Source: Balanoglossus misakiensis (Eukaryota; Animalia; Hemichordata). From it: a stretch of DNA of 64,000 bases. This document shows positions 61,917-64,000 of the stretch, piece by piece. Each line of letters opens with the position of its first letter. Position 1 is the first letter of the stretch. The stretch covers positions 1,563,908-1,627,907 of the forward strand of contig CM082579.2 in the NCBI GenBank assembly GCA_040954595.2, read 5' to 3'. The notes under the pieces are model-generated. The model was not told the origin of the DNA. It did no database searches and was given only the letters and a program-made list of their open reading frames with translations. Position numbers and translations under genes: made by a program.

Positions 61917-64000
61917 AGTGGTGACTTCACTGGATATCACTGATTCAGTCACATTGAAATCAATCTCAAGCAGTACGGCTTGTTAATTTTTGTGTAAATT
62001 TATGTAAATTAGTCGATATCCTACATTTTATTCTGGGGAGAACACTGCAAGCTTATATATGAAGGACACTTGACATATAAATGGTTTGGGAAGGCCAACA
62101 TGTAGAATTTGAATTCTCTGAAAGAAATGGTCTATGTGAAGATAGTGTCTTTTCTTTACTTGTAATAACCTTGTCACATCTATTTAGTGTGTATGCCTCT
62201 CTTTTCTGTAATGTTTGCCCAAGTGAAATTTAAACCCATTTATAGTGGATATATGGAACTTTGTAAGTGCCTACTTATTATTATAATTTGTTTAAACAGT
62301 TAATATCTTTCTCTTTTTTTTCTAATAATTTCACATCTTTGCTTTTGTGTACAAGTATTGAATTTGTTTCTATGTTTTCAAAGTGAGATTAAAAGCCCAT
62401 TTGATTGCAAGGTTATAGTAATTGTATTTGTGTTTTTTTGTTGCAATATTCAGAATGTAATTTTACTCTATGGTATTCTAGTAGGTGCCTGAAAATGTAA
62501 TTAAATGTTTTCAATGTAATTAAATTTTTAACGCCTTATTCCATGTTGTAATTCTCGTATTGAGTTTTTAAATCCATTTGATTGTGAGCTTTACAGTATT
62601 TTTTATTGTAGTATAGTAATTAGTATAATAAAATAGTTAGTACTGGTAGATAAAATTCCTGGTATCTATTTTAATGTAGAATATTTTTGGTTTTTATCGA
62701 GGATAATCTTCTGATGTTAATTAAGTCTGATAATTATGCATTTACAGAAAATGCATTTACTGAAATAAGAAGTTTGCAGACCCATGATGAAGTAGAGAGT
62801 GATTATGCAGCATATTACACAATTTTGATGCCACCAAATGTGAAAATGCAGAGAAGTTGAGATTAATTGAAGGAAAAAATAATTGATTTGAGAAAATTTC
62901 CTTGTAGTTTCAAATGAACTGTATACATGTACATAATCATGGAAATGTCTTGGATTAATAAAGAAATAAATTCATGCATATATTGTATTATTTTGTATTT
63001 TTTTTCAAGTGTCAACACCTATGATTGATGCAAACTTGGTGCTTTTTTGACAAAGGGGGCAATGAAATGACAGATTTTGTTTTCACATCAGGGGCCGTCG
63101 TTTGACTTTGCTTGTTTCTAACACAGAATCCAGGGAAGTGTTGATTGAATAAAATGATACAGACAATGAATGGCTAGTTTTTCATCTTATTCTGTTTTAT
63201 TGAAAAGGTTGTAAAGTTTTGAGACCACAAACAAAAGTGGATATACAACAGAATCTGTAAAGTGACATGACAATTAAAATCATCATGCTGATATTCATCA
63301 ATACTGTAATAAAATACAATATGTGAAAGCAATTGATGTTGACATTAAAATCACTGTTAAAACATAAAAATAGTATCCAATGACTCAATTTACATAGTCA
63401 TTAAAAACCCATAATATACAAATCTTCAAAACTTTCTGGCTAACGTCGTCAAACAATTTTCCACCCTAAGGTGGTTATCACACATCTTGCTAAGGAGGGT
63501 GGTTGAAATCACTTAAAAAAAGAAAATTCAGAATTTCAGAATATTTTAACAGAAGATTGACATGTCAAAAGCACAGAAAAAGCCCCTTTGCAGTGTCATT
63601 TTTGTTGTTTTGTGGGGTCAAGATGTCACAGGTATACAAAATGTGATAAAGACATCCACCCCATCAAAGTATGAATCAAATATCAAAGAAACATTTCTGA
63701 AATTAGGACTGGAAAGGGGTTTATTTTACAATGGAAATGGCAGGAGCTCCATGGAAGGAAATGTACAGATCTTGGACAAAGACATCCACCTTTATGTCAA
63801 AAGGTAAAAATATATGTCAAAATGACTAATGGTTAAAATACAAATACTGGTTTCAAAAGTGGCAAACGCACAATTTTTTCACAAAGGATGCACCAGTACA
63901 GACTGTTCCGAAATAAGACCTGCAATATGATGTGATCACAACAGCTTCTGTGTTTGGTTGAAAGGGAGTGGTCCTTAGTTCCCAGAGAATGGAAGATTCC

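Noticed and set aside
1-64000. U12-type introns, rRNA, snRNA or autonomous transposon ORFs
   Set aside because: All introns I traced are GT-AG without RTATCCTT donors; no rRNA/snRNA signatures or RT/transposase motifs seen by eye.

Overview
AT-rich, intron-containing metazoan genomic DNA, not prokaryotic; an invertebrate, possibly a non-vertebrate deuterostome, though that is only an inference. I assembled gene models by hand from GT-AG exons. They give five complete protein-coding genes and the 5' end of a sixth: (1) an unidentified minus-strand gene running off the left edge, with an apparently intron-split ATG; (2) a P4-ATPase phospholipid flippase, ATP8A (ATP8A1/2 type), minus strand, about 36 exons, 10068-30589; (3) ubinuclein UBN, minus, 34262-42777; (4) GCNA/ACRC SprT metalloprotease, minus, 43707-46876, head-to-head with (5) PAN3, plus, 47428-54165; (6) a 14-finger C2H2 zinc-finger gene, plus, 59520-61916. 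Non-coding elements include a 211-bp tandem array (about 6.8 copies), tRNA-derived SINE heads, a double-palindrome non-autonomous element, a tiny piggyBac-like MITE, microsatellites, and YY1- and CTCF-like motifs. The most notable signal is a pair of tandemly duplicated 75-nt exons in ATP8A encoding two divergent versions of the TM5-TM6 segment (candidate mutually exclusive splicing). Also notable are candidate microexons just before the flippase's regulatory GYAFS tail, three stacked PAM2-like motifs in PAN3, and linkage of genes whose human orthologues lie in the ParaHox paralogon. Most short ORFs in the supplied track are spurious. Internal exon coordinates were read by eye and may be off by a few bases.
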